From: Bacteroidales bacterium UBA5235 | GTDB lineage: Bacteria; Bacteroidota; Bacteroidia; Bacteroidales; VadinHA17 | NCBI GenBank assembly: GCA_002409145.1 | Contig: DHUL01000090.1 | Location: 67,604 to 131,603 of the forward strand | Reading direction: 5' to 3' | Length of the DNA stretch: 64,000 bases | Part shown: in pieces, positions 39,875-49,302 of the stretch | How the letters are laid out: each line of letters opens with the position of its first letter | Position numbering within the stretch: position 1 is the stretch's first letter | Notes under the pieces: generated by a model | Told to the model about the DNA's origin: nothing | Database searches by the model: none | Seen by the model: only the letters and a program-made list of their open reading frames with translations | Translations under genes and position numbers: made by a program

Positions 39875-42700
39875 AAAAGCACCGTTCACGAAGAATTTTT
39901 CCTCTCGCGGCATGTAACCGGCCCGTACCCCCGCACTTATCTCGAAGGGGATCCTCAGTACGTAAAAATCAGCCATCAGCTCTGATCCTGCTGAGCTAAA
40001 CCTGTCTGGCCCTGCAGTGAAGCTCCTGTCATCATAGTTGCGGACGTCAACGCCCTTCGAATAGTCATAGAAAAGTGTTCCCCTGATCCTCTTGAGATAC
40101 AGGAAGCTGCCCGCAGCCAGGTCGGGATAGAAAAGCGGCATCGTGTAGTCAGCAGAGAAGGAGAAGAGTTTTTCTGCAATAAGGTCGTCTTCATAACCGC
40201 GGGGCCATGGCAGTGTGTTGCGGTATATCTGCTTCCTTGCTGGGGCCTGGTTTTCCCAGCCGGCCCTGAAGGAGAGGCTGTGGTTCGGCATTGCACCGGG
40301 AAAGAAGAGGATTGTCCGGACATAGCTTTTAGAGTTGTATAATTTTGTGTCCCAGGGTGTTGTTGTCAGCCGCAGATCGATTACCTGCCCCCATTTAGGA
40401 TTGATGTCACGGTATGCGGTACGGAATGCGTTTGAAAAATAGAGTCTGCCGGTCAGGTTGATTACATCCCTGTCAAACCTGTTCTCGTCTGACAGCCATG
40501 TATACCTGTTCCGGTAACTGAGGTAAAGGGCAGGCATCAGCATCTGTCTGAATTTGCCGCGGGCGAACCACAACTGGTCATATATATTCAGGTTAACCTG
40601 CAGGTCGGATCCCTGATTCTCCGGCATCTGGCTTACGGAGGTATCCCTGGTTATCAGCTGGTCACCTCCCCATCTTATCTCAGCATCCATGACCGGATGC
40701 CAGCCCTTCCAGGTGACCCCGGAGTGCAGATAATGGTTTCCTTCGCTGTATTCATACCCTATGGTGGAGAAAAGGGTGCTCAGGTGGTTCTGTGACATTA
40801 CTGTCAGGCCCGGCCTTACGGTGGTGGGGTCAGTCCGGATCTCATCCAGATCGGCATAGAACGGGAACCAGCTGTGGGGATTGAACAGGTTTGCAATCTT
40901 GCGGTAGGGTGCCGGTTCAGAAATTAATGGCAGGGTTGTGTCGCTCACCTGGTCTGCGTCAGGCATGGGCGCCACCGGAGGGAAAATCTCATGTCTGGTC
41001 ACAAAAGCAGGTCCGGCGGTAGCCGAAGTCTTTTCAGAGGCTATGACAAATCCGTCCGGGGTGCAATCAGAGAAGATCAGCTCACTGCCGCTGACCGAAA
41101 ACCCTGATATACCGAACCGTGAGCCTGTAACACGTTCCGCCGGTTCCGTGCCCGGAATGCGGTAAATATTGTCCGAGCCGTCTCCCTGTGCAAGGAAGAA
41201 GAGTGTGTCATTGTGGATCTCTGCCTGCACTATGTCAGTAAGGCTCTCTTCCAGGTTCACGGTCCATATCTTGCCTGTAGGGCTGTATGTCCTGATTCCC
41301 TCACCTTTTTCATTGACTGTGACGACGGTGATCTCCCTGCCGTCTGAGGACCATGCCGGGCGCTGAAGGGTAATTTTATCAGGCGGCACCACGTTCATCA
41401 GCACTTCTCCGGTATGTGAGTCAAGAATGACAAGAGAACAGAGCATCTCCGGGGTGGTTGAAACGGCTGTGATTGTTCTGCCGTCAGGAGAAATGTCAGG
41501 GGCTGTGTATCGGGTACGGCTGGTTACCGATGTTATTATTCCACCCGGGAGATCAAGTCTTTTAATTACAGAATAATCGCGGTTATCCCACCTGATATCA
41601 GGGTACTGTTCTGCCCATACTAAAGTGTTGCCTGAAAGCGAAAAAAAGTAAGGATATATATATCCGGTGGTAGTAAGGTTATGTTCTTTCCCTCCACCAG
41701 CATCAGAAATGACGAATCGAGAAGGGTTAGACATGGATGTAAGCAGTGAGATTATCCTGCCGTCTCCCATTCTGTGGGGCGTGAAATGGCTGACATAGTC
41801 TCTTTTTTTGCTGACGCTCAGTGCCGGGTAGTCCCTGACTCCTCCGGGCATATTTTCGTTCCAGCTTTTTTCAAGGACTGCAAAGGCAGAATTGTACAGA
41901 CTCTTTTTTGTGAGCCTGGTTTCTTTTCTTAGTCCTGCATTGACCGGGTTGCCGGGTATTCCGTTTGATGCTATCCTGTAAACTTCCTCCCAGGCGTCAG
42001 GGTCGATTGTTCTGAGGTGGTTCATCATCAGGTATCCGAAGGCATAGTGGTCAGGGGTAAAGTTTTTGTATGACCCTGACAGCATCTTGTCATAATTGTA
42101 CATTCCCTGCGGACTGGCAGCCAGTGCTCTTGTGGTGCGGATGAAAGCGTTGCTCCGTCCCCTTCCGGAGAAGCCGGTTACTGTCTCTGCGTAGACAGCA
42201 TCACCCTCGAGGGCCCAGGAGGGTATCATCAGCGCGCTGAGGCCCACTGCCTGTTCCCCGAGGACATACCGCAGCGCCCTGCCAAAGCCGCGGCTGTTGA
42301 GAGAGCCGAGTTGCAGGACGTGTGCCGTCTCATGCACAGCAAGCTGAGCTGCAGGTAACATCGGAAGGTTATCCTGCCCGGGCAGCGGGTACAGTTCCAT
42401 CCTCCGGGGCGCCCAGCTCACATAACCGTTTGACTGCATCGAGTGGTTGTGTATTATCACCGGGATGTTTGTCCTTACCCCCGGGTAAAGAACAGACAGG
42501 TTTCCAAATGACTCCTCGAGGAGCCGGGCATATCGCATCGCTTCGCCTCCGAAGTCGTCAGGATAGATTACCCTGAAGTGCGGTGTGCGGATCTGAAGCC
42601 ACCTGAGAGAGGCTGGGTCCTGCCCGGTATCATAGTATTGAGCCCCTGCCCTGGCAAGGGAAAGCAGACTCAATATAACCAGAATAATGCATCTCTTCAT
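39833..42700 (-). CDS. Large secreted or outer-membrane protein with an N-terminal HExxH zincin-like domain, a TolB/PD40-like beta-propeller region and a C-terminal beta-barrel-like region
   Basis: The start is set at MKRCIILVILSLLSLARAGAQ, a signal peptide. It carries HETAH with a downstream EGDAVYAE. PD40-like strands are repeated (SPDGRTI, SSDGREI) and the C-terminal 350 aa or so is beta-rich. Confidence 0.6.
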   Translation of the reverse strand: MKRCIILVILSLLSLARAGAQYYDTGQDPASLRWLQIRTPHFRVIYPDDFGGEAMRYARLLEESFGNLSVLYPGVRTNIPVIIHNHSMQSNGYVSWAPRRMELYPLPGQDNLPMLPAAQLAVHETAHVLQLGSLNSRGFGRALRYVLGEQAVGLSALMIPSWALEGDAVYAETVTGFSGRGRSNAFIRTTRALAASPQGMYNYDKMLSGSYKNFTPDHYAFGYLMMNHLRTIDPDAWEEVYRIASNGIPGNPVNAGLRKETRLTKKSLYNSAFAVLEKSWNENMPGGVRDYPALSVSKKRDYVSHFTPHRMGDGRIISLLTSMSNPSRFVISDAGGGKEHNLTTTGYIYPYFFSLSGNTLVWAEQYPDIRWDNRDYSVIKRLDLPGGIITSVTSRTRYTAPDISPDGRTITAVSTTPEMLCSLVILDSHTGEVLMNVVPPDKITLQRPAWSSDGREITVVTVNEKGEGIRTYSPTGKIWTVNLEESLTDIVQAEIHNDTLFFLAQGDGSDNIYRIPGTEPAERVTGSRFGISGFSVSGSELIFSDCTPDGFVIASEKTSATAGPAFVTRHEIFPPVAPMPDADQVSDTTLPLISEPAPYRKIANLFNPHSWFPFYADLDEIRTDPTTVRPGLTVMSQNHLSTLFSTIGYEYSEGNHYLHSGVTWKGWHPVMDAEIRWGGDQLITRDTSVSQMPENQGSDLQVNLNIYDQLWFARGKFRQMLMPALYLSYRNRYTWLSDENRFDRDVINLTGRLYFSNAFRTAYRDINPKWGQVIDLRLTTTPWDTKLYNSKSYVRTILFFPGAMPNHSLSFRAGWENQAPARKQIYRNTLPWPRGYEDDLIAEKLFSFSADYTMPLFYPDLAAGSFLYLKRIRGTLFYDYSKGVDVRNYDDRSFTAGPDRFSSAGSELMADFYVLRIPFEISAGVRAGYMPREEKFFVNGAFSVNIYGTVLGRER

Positions 42701-42808
42701 GCAGGGCAGTTTATCCAAAAATACCAAAATTGGCTGATATCTTCGGGTACACGGCAAAATCTTATTATTTTCGTGCGGTATTAAGCCGGAACGGAAATAA
42801 AACGAAAT

Positions 42809-45800
42809 ATGATAAGGAAATACAGGCTTTGGGATAATATCCTCGGCTGGACGGTTTTTGTCGTGGCGTCAGTTACCTACCTGTTGACAATTGAGCCGAC
42901 AATGAGCCTCTGGGATTGCAGTGAATTCATCGCCTCTGCCTTTAAGCTTGAGGTGGGACACCCGCCCGGAGCACCATTATTCATGATACTCGGAAGGTTC
43001 TTTGCCAACTTCGCCGGAGGCGATGAGTCAAAGGTGGCAATGATGATCAACGCCATGTCAGGCCTTGCTAGCGCACTGACGATACTGTTTCTTTTCTGGA
43101 CCATCACCCACCTGGCCAGAAGGATCCTCCTCAGGCAGGAATCTGATTATACCGCAGGACGCATCATTGCAGTTCTCGGTGCCGGTCTGACAGGCTCCCT
43201 CGCGTACGCCTTTTCTGATACATTCTGGTTCTCCGCAGTGGAAGGAGAGGTTTATGCCACCTCTTCACTCTTCACTGCCGTGGTTTTCTGGGCGATGCTG
43301 AGATGGGAGGATGTAGCTGACGAGCCACATGCTGACAGATGGATCATACTGATCGCCTTCATGATGGGTCTTTCCATCGGCGTCCACCTCCTCAACCTTC
43401 TTGCCATACCTGCCATAGTCTTTATCTGGTACTTCCGCAAATATGAGTTCTCCTGGAAGGGCTTTATGGTATCAATCGGTGTATCAGTACTGCTGTTGGT
43501 GCTTATCATGTACGGTATAATTCCAGGCATAGTCAGGGTTACTTCCGCCTTCGAGCTGTTTTTCGTCAACAGCCTGGGGTTACCGTTCAACAGCGGCATG
43601 TATATACACCTGTTACTCTTCATTACCGCACTGGTTCTTTCGGTATGGTACAGCTTCACACACAGTGACAGGTTGAGAATATTCCTCCTTGCCGGAGCGA
43701 CGCTGCTCCTCTCGGGAATTTGGCTGCTTACAGACTCACTGCTGCTCAATCTCCTTTTCCTGGCTGTCATAGTCTATGGCATCTGGCTTCTCTCGACAAA
43801 GCAGAAAGCGGCTCTGAACACAATAATGACCTCCCTGCTGGTCATCGTGATCGGTTATTCCAGCTTCGCAGTTATCCTTATCAGGTCAACGGCAAATCCG
43901 CCGATGAATGAGAATAATCCGTCAAATCCGTTCGCATTGCTATACTATCTTAATCGTGAGCAGTATGGCCAGCGACCGCTTTTCTACGGACCATACTACA
44001 ATGCGCCGGTGACTGATTATGTAAAGGGCAAACCCACTTACAACCCTTCCGGCGGCAGGTATATTATTACCAATCGTGAGACAGAAACGGAGTATGACGA
44101 GCGGTTCATGACCATCTTACCGCGGATGTGGAGTAATTCTCCGGATCATGTCAGGGAGTATGAAAGTTATGTTGGTGGCAAGGGAAAACCGGTTCGGGTC
44201 AATGACCCCCAGACCGGGGAGCCAACAACACTGCGTGTGCCGACGTTCGGCCAGAACCTCTCGTTCATGTTCAGTTATCAGCTGGGATTCATGTATTTCC
44301 GGTATTTCATGTGGAACTTCAGCGGAAGGCAGAATGATATTCAGAGCACCGGAGGGCCGGTCAACGGAAACTGGATAACGGGAATTGATTTCCTTGACGC
44401 TCCCCGGACCGGATCGGTAAAGGGTATGCCTGATGATATGCGGAACCATCCGTCGCGCAATAAGTATTACCTGCTGCCCCTGCTGCTCGGACTGGTGGGA
44501 TTCCTGTGGCACTTCAACCGCGATGTACGCAACTGGTGGATAGTGATGCTGCTGTTTGTAATGACGGGTATAGCCATAGTCATCTACCTCAACCAGTACC
44601 CGAACCAGCCCCGTGAACGCGATTATGCCTACGCCGCATCATTCTATGCCTTTACTGTATGGATCGGCCTCGGTGTGCTGGCTCTCTTTGAGCTGCTGCG
44701 AAAGGCGGCCGGTGAGAAACCTGCCGCTGTTATTGCCTCAGTGCTGACTTTTGCCGCTGTACCTGCCCTCATGGGATCACAGAACTGGGATGACCATGAC
44801 CGCTCGGGAAGATACCTGGGGAGGGATGTAGCCTTCAACTACCTCAATTCATGTGCCCCGAATGCCATACTCTTTACCGGTGGTGACAATGACACATTCC
44901 CTCTCTGGTACGCCCAGGAGGTAGAGGGAGTACGCACTGACGTCAGGGTCTGCAACCTTATGCTGCTCAACACTGACTGGTACATTGACCAGATGAAATA
45001 CAAGGCTTACACTTCAGAACCCCTTCCGGTAAGCCTGAAGAAAGAACTTTACTTCGACGGAGTAAATAACCAGGTTGCTGTCCTCGAAAAGGTGAAGGAA
45101 CCCGCTACCGCTAAGGAGGTGATGAAATTCATTTCCAGCGGCAGCGAGGTGACAAAGCTCAAGTTGTACGGAGAGGATGTATGGTATATCCCCACCCGCA
45201 CCATACGCATACCGGTTGATTCCGCGAAGGTGCTGGCCAACGGCACAGTCAGACCGGAGGATGCAGACAAAATTGTGCCCTACATAGACATTACCCTCAA
45301 GGAATCATGGATCTTGAAGAACCAGTTGCTGGTACTTGATATCCTGGCTCACAATGACTGGGAACGTCCGATCTATTTTGTCACCGGCAAGACTGAGGAT
45401 GCCCTCGGGCTGGAGGAATACTTCCAGCTTGAAGGACTGGCATACAGGCTGGTACCGGTAAAAGGGGTCAACAAGAGCTGGTTCGAATATGGCAGCATTG
45501 ATACTGACATTCTCTACGAGAACATGATGAATCGTTTCAGCTGGAAGGGTGCCAATGATCCGGATGTTTACATCGACTATTATCATAACCGGACACTTAC
45601 CGTTGTCAGGGCACGCCTGAATCATGCCAGGCTAGCCACCGCCCTTGTGGCTGAGGGTGACACTGCCAGGGCAGTGCAGGTTATTGACAGGTGTCTTGAA
45701 CTATTCCCGGCATCAAAGCTGGGTTATGACTTTTATTTCGGTGATATTATATCAGCCTGCTTCGCAACAGGAAGGACCGAGAAGGCAAAGGAGCTGGCTC

Positions 45801-46027
45801 ATGAGTTTGCCGGTTATTATGCCTCACGGGCAGAGTACCTGCTTGACCAGAGACCTTCATTTGCTTATTATGCCGGTGCTGAAATTACCAATGGTCTGCA
45901 GATGATGCTGCAAGCTATTAAGGTCTGTTTTGATAATGGCCAGACCGACCTTGCCGAGGAGATAAATGCAAGGTACAATGAGCTGTATATAAGGTACTCG
46001 GCAATGAATCAGAAGACCAGGCAATAG
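42809..46027 (+). CDS. DUF2723 domain membrane protein (TMEM260-like, GT-C-fold glycosyltransferase candidate) with a helical C-terminal domain
   Basis: 1072 aa. The N-terminal motif is SLWDCSEFIASAFKLEVGHPPGAPLF. It has at least 10 TM segments, a large soluble region and a helical C-terminus. Confidence 0.75.
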   Translation: MIRKYRLWDNILGWTVFVVASVTYLLTIEPTMSLWDCSEFIASAFKLEVGHPPGAPLFMILGRFFANFAGGDESKVAMMINAMSGLASALTILFLFWTITHLARRILLRQESDYTAGRIIAVLGAGLTGSLAYAFSDTFWFSAVEGEVYATSSLFTAVVFWAMLRWEDVADEPHADRWIILIAFMMGLSIGVHLLNLLAIPAIVFIWYFRKYEFSWKGFMVSIGVSVLLLVLIMYGIIPGIVRVTSAFELFFVNSLGLPFNSGMYIHLLLFITALVLSVWYSFTHSDRLRIFLLAGATLLLSGIWLLTDSLLLNLLFLAVIVYGIWLLSTKQKAALNTIMTSLLVIVIGYSSFAVILIRSTANPPMNENNPSNPFALLYYLNREQYGQRPLFYGPYYNAPVTDYVKGKPTYNPSGGRYIITNRETETEYDERFMTILPRMWSNSPDHVREYESYVGGKGKPVRVNDPQTGEPTTLRVPTFGQNLSFMFSYQLGFMYFRYFMWNFSGRQNDIQSTGGPVNGNWITGIDFLDAPRTGSVKGMPDDMRNHPSRNKYYLLPLLLGLVGFLWHFNRDVRNWWIVMLLFVMTGIAIVIYLNQYPNQPRERDYAYAASFYAFTVWIGLGVLALFELLRKAAGEKPAAVIASVLTFAAVPALMGSQNWDDHDRSGRYLGRDVAFNYLNSCAPNAILFTGGDNDTFPLWYAQEVEGVRTDVRVCNLMLLNTDWYIDQMKYKAYTSEPLPVSLKKELYFDGVNNQVAVLEKVKEPATAKEVMKFISSGSEVTKLKLYGEDVWYIPTRTIRIPVDSAKVLANGTVRPEDADKIVPYIDITLKESWILKNQLLVLDILAHNDWERPIYFVTGKTEDALGLEEYFQLEGLAYRLVPVKGVNKSWFEYGSIDTDILYENMMNRFSWKGANDPDVYIDYYHNRTLTVVRARLNHARLATALVAEGDTARAVQVIDRCLELFPASKLGYDFYFGDIISACFATGRTEKAKELAHEFAGYYASRAEYLLDQRPSFAYYAGAEITNGLQMMLQAIKVCFDNGQTDLAEEINARYNELYIRYSAMNQKTRQ

Positions 46028-46155
46028 GCAATAGGCAATAGTGAAAAAGGGGCTCCAGGTTAAGTCCCTTTTTGCATTCAGTATCTTTTTATTAACCTGC
46101 AGGCTTGCAATCTTCATGTTGTTGCCAACACTAATGCCTACTGCCTACTGCCTGG
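46017..46155. repeat. Long inverted repeat made of heptamer triplets, bracketing the whole intergenic region between convergent genes
   Basis: The left arm is CCAGGCAATAGGCAATAGGCAATAG (46017-46041, (AGGCAAT)x3). The right arm is CTAATGCCTACTGCCTACTGCCTGG (46131-46155). Their complementarity is 22 of 25. Two of the mismatches become G-U pairs in a minus-strand transcript. Confidence 0.8.
46044..46073. terminator. Candidate bidirectional terminator hairpin nested inside the long inverted repeat
   Basis: An AAAAAGGG / CCCTTTTT stem has a 14-nt loop. The flanking A-tract and T-tract allow function in both directions. Confidence 0.45.
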
Positions 46156-46161
46156 TGGTTA

Positions 46162-46566
46162 TCAATCGTACATCTGATATGCCGGCCTGGGAGCCAGGTA
46201 CTTCTCAAGAATCAGGTGGATCTTGTCAGGGAAGACGGGCTTGAGGTTGTATTCCGTACAGCCCGCTATATACGCTTCGTTTTTGGTTTGTTCGGAATAA
46301 TATGCAGTAACGAGAATCACCGGTGCAGAGCGGTTGACCTGGCGGAAAGCCCTGGTGCATTCGATACCGTTTATCAGAGGCACAAGAAAATCCATGAAAA
46401 CAAGATCAAAGTGTTCTCTGCCTGTGGTTATTGCCTCAACAAACTCCTTTCCGTTACGGTAGGGGATAACATCTGCGCCGGTCTCCTTGAGCAGCGTCTC
46501 ATAATATTTCAGGGATGCAGCATCGTCCTCAACAATTGCTATCCTCTTGCCTGTAATGTTAAGCAT
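46162..46566 (-). CDS. Stand-alone CheY-like response regulator (receiver domain only)
   Basis: 134 aa with the motifs VEDD, DLVFMDFLVPLINGIE and VTAYY..K. No output domain is present and no kinase is adjacent. Confidence 0.85.
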   Translation of the reverse strand: MLNITGKRIAIVEDDAASLKYYETLLKETGADVIPYRNGKEFVEAITTGREHFDLVFMDFLVPLINGIECTRAFRQVNRSAPVILVTAYYSEQTKNEAYIAGCTEYNLKPVFPDKIHLILEKYLAPRPAYQMYD

Positions 46567-46696
46567 GTCTATAAAGTGAACCCGGGGTTAATAATCCGAA
46601 CTCCACGTAAAGATATCCGACGAGGAAAAACAAGGTTAAACATTTCTGCCGCAAATGTCAACTTTAAGAACAACTTATTAACAACAACTTTTTAAC

Positions 46697-46724
46697 AGAA
46701 GAAAAAGAGCTGGCGAATGCTCTT
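46697..46724 (-). terminator. Rho-independent terminator after the small Cys-rich protein gene
   Basis: On the minus strand an AAGAGC-attcgcca-GCTCTT hairpin is followed by TTTC. It lies 22 nt after the stop at 46746. Confidence 0.5.
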
Positions 46725-46745
46725 AAAATCAGCGTCATGGAAGGG

Positions 46746-46982
46746 TCACCGACACTCCCAGTAGGTTGTTACCCCATTTATGGTGGAAGGAGGAATTGCC
46801 TTGATGTTTATCAAGTCCTGTCCGCAGTATTCTGCCTCGGTACCCCAGGCGATAGCGTTGTTGTTCTCATAGGAGACCGTATTGCAAACCTGGCATCCGT
46901 CACCCAGAATTTCGCAGGAGTTGAAGGAACAGGTGATTATAAGAAGAGCTGAAGCATAAAGCAATTGTTTCATAGCCGGCAT
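46746..46982 (-). CDS. Small secreted or lipoprotein-like cysteine-rich protein (78 aa)
   Basis: It has a signal peptide (MKQLLYASALLIITCSFNSC) followed by further Cys residues (DGC, QVC, EYC, WEC). It has its own terminator. I preferred it over the overlapping plus-strand ORF 46737..46952, which lacks such features. Confidence 0.5.
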   Translation of the reverse strand: MPAMKQLLYASALLIITCSFNSCEILGDGCQVCNTVSYENNNAIAWGTEAEYCGQDLINIKAIPPSTINGVTTYWECR

Positions 46983-47091
46983 TTCTGAAATAACGTCAAA
47001 GGTATGTAATTAGTATATCATTCCATGTGCAGCATTTTTCATAAATTGGAGTCATTATTGAGAAAGCAGAAAACCTAAAATCACTCATGCT

Positions 47092-47526
47092 ATGGAAGAG
47101 AATGCCGCATCACCCACAGTGGTGACAGTTGAAGAGAACAGAATGAAAAAACATGTCAATATTGCAGGCATATTACAGATTGTCTTCGGCTCGTTCCTTG
47201 TGCTTGGAGCACTGGTAATTGCATTCCTGTTCGGATTTATTGACCAGTTTGTTGATGACCCTACCGCCATCAAGGTCCTTGGTATAATCTCAACTCCGCT
47301 TGTTGTTCTGATGCTGCTCTTCGGGGGAGCGATGATTGCCGGCGGTATAGGCCTCTTCTACTGCAAGCCGTGGGCCAGGATACTGACATTGGTTATGGGA
47401 GCCATCGGACTGCTCAACATACCTATCGGCACCCTCAAGGGAGTCTACATCATATGGGTTCTTGTGCAGTCAGAAACCATATCCCTCTTTGGAAAGGGGT
47501 GCCCCGGGGAAGGTCTGAAGGTCTGA
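47092..47526 (+). CDS. Hypothetical membrane protein (3-4 TM segments)
   Basis: 144 aa with hydrophobic segments such as IAGILQIVFGSFLVLGALVIAFLFGF. I recognise no family. Confidence 0.5.
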   Translation: MEENAASPTVVTVEENRMKKHVNIAGILQIVFGSFLVLGALVIAFLFGFIDQFVDDPTAIKVLGIISTPLVVLMLLFGGAMIAGGIGLFYCKPWARILTLVMGAIGLLNIPIGTLKGVYIIWVLVQSETISLFGKGCPGEGLKV

Positions 47527-47593
47527 TCCTCCAGCTGGCGGATGAGGGTCTGAGAGTCTGCTGGTCCTAATCTTAAGTGGAAGACAAAATGAT

Positions 47594-47601
47594 TATTTTT
47601 G
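47594..47601 (+). promoter_or_regulatory. Bacteroidota-type -7 box upstream of ettA
   Basis: TATTTTTG is an exact TAnnTTTG match. It overlaps the first codon (47599-47601) of the longest ORF, which argues for a downstream start (47614 or 47620). Confidence 0.4.
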
Positions 47602-47619
47602 TCGTCTAACCGTATGGTC

Positions 47620-49302
47620 ATGGCCGACGACAAGAAGATCATTTTTTCAATGTACAGGGTAAGCAAGAGCTATCCTCCCCATAAGCAGGTAATCAAGGAT
47701 ATATCACTCTCATTTTTTCTCGGAGCCAAGATCGGCATTATCGGTCTGAACGGCTCCGGCAAATCCACATTGCTCAGGATCATTGCAGGCCTTGAGAAGG
47801 AGTATCAGGGTGAGGTTGTGTTTTCTCCCGGTTACACGGTGGGGCATCTGCCGCAGGATCCGCTGATGGATGAAAGCCGGACAGTGCGTGAGATAGTGGA
47901 GGAGGGTGCTGCAGAGGTGGTCTCGGTGCTCAGGGAATACGAGGATATCAATATCCGTTTCGGTGAGCCGGAGGTATATGAGAATCCGGATGTCATGGAA
48001 AAGCTGATGGCCAGGCAGGCGGTGCTGCAGGAGAAGATCGATGCGCTCGACGGTTGGAATCTTGAGCATAAGCTTGAAAGAGCTATGGATGCACTGAACT
48101 GTCCCGAGCCCTCTACACCGGTTAACATCCTTTCAGGAGGAGAGCGCCGGCGTGTGGCCCTCTGCCGCCTGTTGTTGCTGGAGCCCGACGTGCTGCTGCT
48201 TGACGAGCCAACCAACCACCTCGACGCCGAGAGCGTCCAGTGGCTTGAGGCCCACCTCAGGCAGTACAAGGGTACAGTCATCTGCATAACGCATGACCGT
48301 TACTTCCTTGACAATGTGGCAGGCTGGATCCTGGAGCTTGACCGGGGTGAAGGAATTCCGTGGAAAGGCAACTACACCTCATGGCTTGAACAGAAGGCCA
48401 AAAGACTGGAACTGGAGGAGAAAGGAAGCGCCAGGAGGCGCAAAACACTTGAGCGGGAGCTCGAGTGGGTACGAATGTCGCCCAAGGCCAGGCATGCCAA
48501 GTCAAAAGCCCGTCTTAGTGCTTATGAGAACCTCCTTAACCAGGATGTAAAACAGAAGGAGGAGAAGCTCGAGATATTCATCCCCAACGGTCCAAGACTC
48601 GGAGACAAGGTAATATCCGCACACGGTGTCACAAAGGCATTTGGCGACAGGATTCTCTTTGAAGATCTTGATTTCAGCCTGCCGCCGAACGGAATCGTTG
48701 GAGTCATTGGCCCCAATGGCGCCGGCAAGACCACACTCTTCCGGATGATCATGGGCCAGGAGACTACTGACAGGGGAACATTTGAGGTCGGAGGAACCGT
48801 TACCCTTGGTTATGTTGATCAGGCTCATGCTGAAATTGACCCGAAAAAGAGCGTTTATGAAGTTATCTCCGGTGGTCTGGATGAGATTTTAGTTGGAAAC
48901 AGACCGGTAAACGCGAGAGCCTATGCCGCCCGGTTCAACTTCACTGGCGCCGACCAGGAGAAGAAGTGCGGTGTTCTTTCCGGCGGTGAGCGCAACAGGC
49001 TCCACCTGGCGCTGACACTGAAGAGCGGCGCCAATGTGCTACTCCTTGACGAACCGACCAATGACATCGACGTGAACACTTTGCGGGCCCTGGAAGAGGG
49101 GCTTGATAATTTTGCCGGTTGTGCAGTGATCATCTCCCATGACCGCTGGTTCCTTGACCGCGTTGCAACACATATTCTGGCCTTTGAGGGTGATTCAAAA
49201 GTGGTCTGGTTTGAGGGCAGCTTCTCGGAATATGACGAAAATCTCAGGAAACGGACGGGTAATGCAGGGCCTGTAAGGTTCAGATACAAGAGGCTTTCCT
49301 GA
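47620..49302 (+). CDS. ettA: Energy-dependent translational throttle protein EttA (ABC-F)
   Basis: The N-terminus is IFSMYRVSKSYPPHKQVIKDISLSFFLGAKIGIIGLNGSGKSTLLRI. It has two ABC cassettes (LSGGERRRVAL and LSGGERNRLHL) and is about 560 aa. Confidence 0.9.
   Translation: MADDKKIIFSMYRVSKSYPPHKQVIKDISLSFFLGAKIGIIGLNGSGKSTLLRIIAGLEKEYQGEVVFSPGYTVGHLPQDPLMDESRTVREIVEEGAAEVVSVLREYEDINIRFGEPEVYENPDVMEKLMARQAVLQEKIDALDGWNLEHKLERAMDALNCPEPSTPVNILSGGERRRVALCRLLLLEPDVLLLDEPTNHLDAESVQWLEAHLRQYKGTVICITHDRYFLDNVAGWILELDRGEGIPWKGNYTSWLEQKAKRLELEEKGSARRRKTLERELEWVRMSPKARHAKSKARLSAYENLLNQDVKQKEEKLEIFIPNGPRLGDKVISAHGVTKAFGDRILFEDLDFSLPPNGIVGVIGPNGAGKTTLFRMIMGQETTDRGTFEVGGTVTLGYVDQAHAEIDPKKSVYEVISGGLDEILVGNRPVNARAYAARFNFTGADQEKKCGVLSGGERNRLHLALTLKSGANVLLLDEPTNDIDVNTLRALEEGLDNFAGCAVIISHDRWFLDRVATHILAFEGDSKVVWFEGSFSEYDENLRKRTGNAGPVRFRYKRLS

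Noticed and set aside
46737-46952. A plus-strand 71-aa ORF overlapping the small Cys-rich gene.
   Set aside because: It has no signal peptide, motif or terminator. The minus-strand ORF has a signal peptide, patterned cysteines and a downstream hairpin with a T-run.
47599-47619. A longer N-terminus for EttA (MSSNRMV...).
   Set aside because: An exact -7 promoter box (47594-47601) overlaps this start. EttA proteins begin close to the conserved (I/V)(F/Y)xMxRVxK motif, which favours the ATG at 47620 (or 47614).
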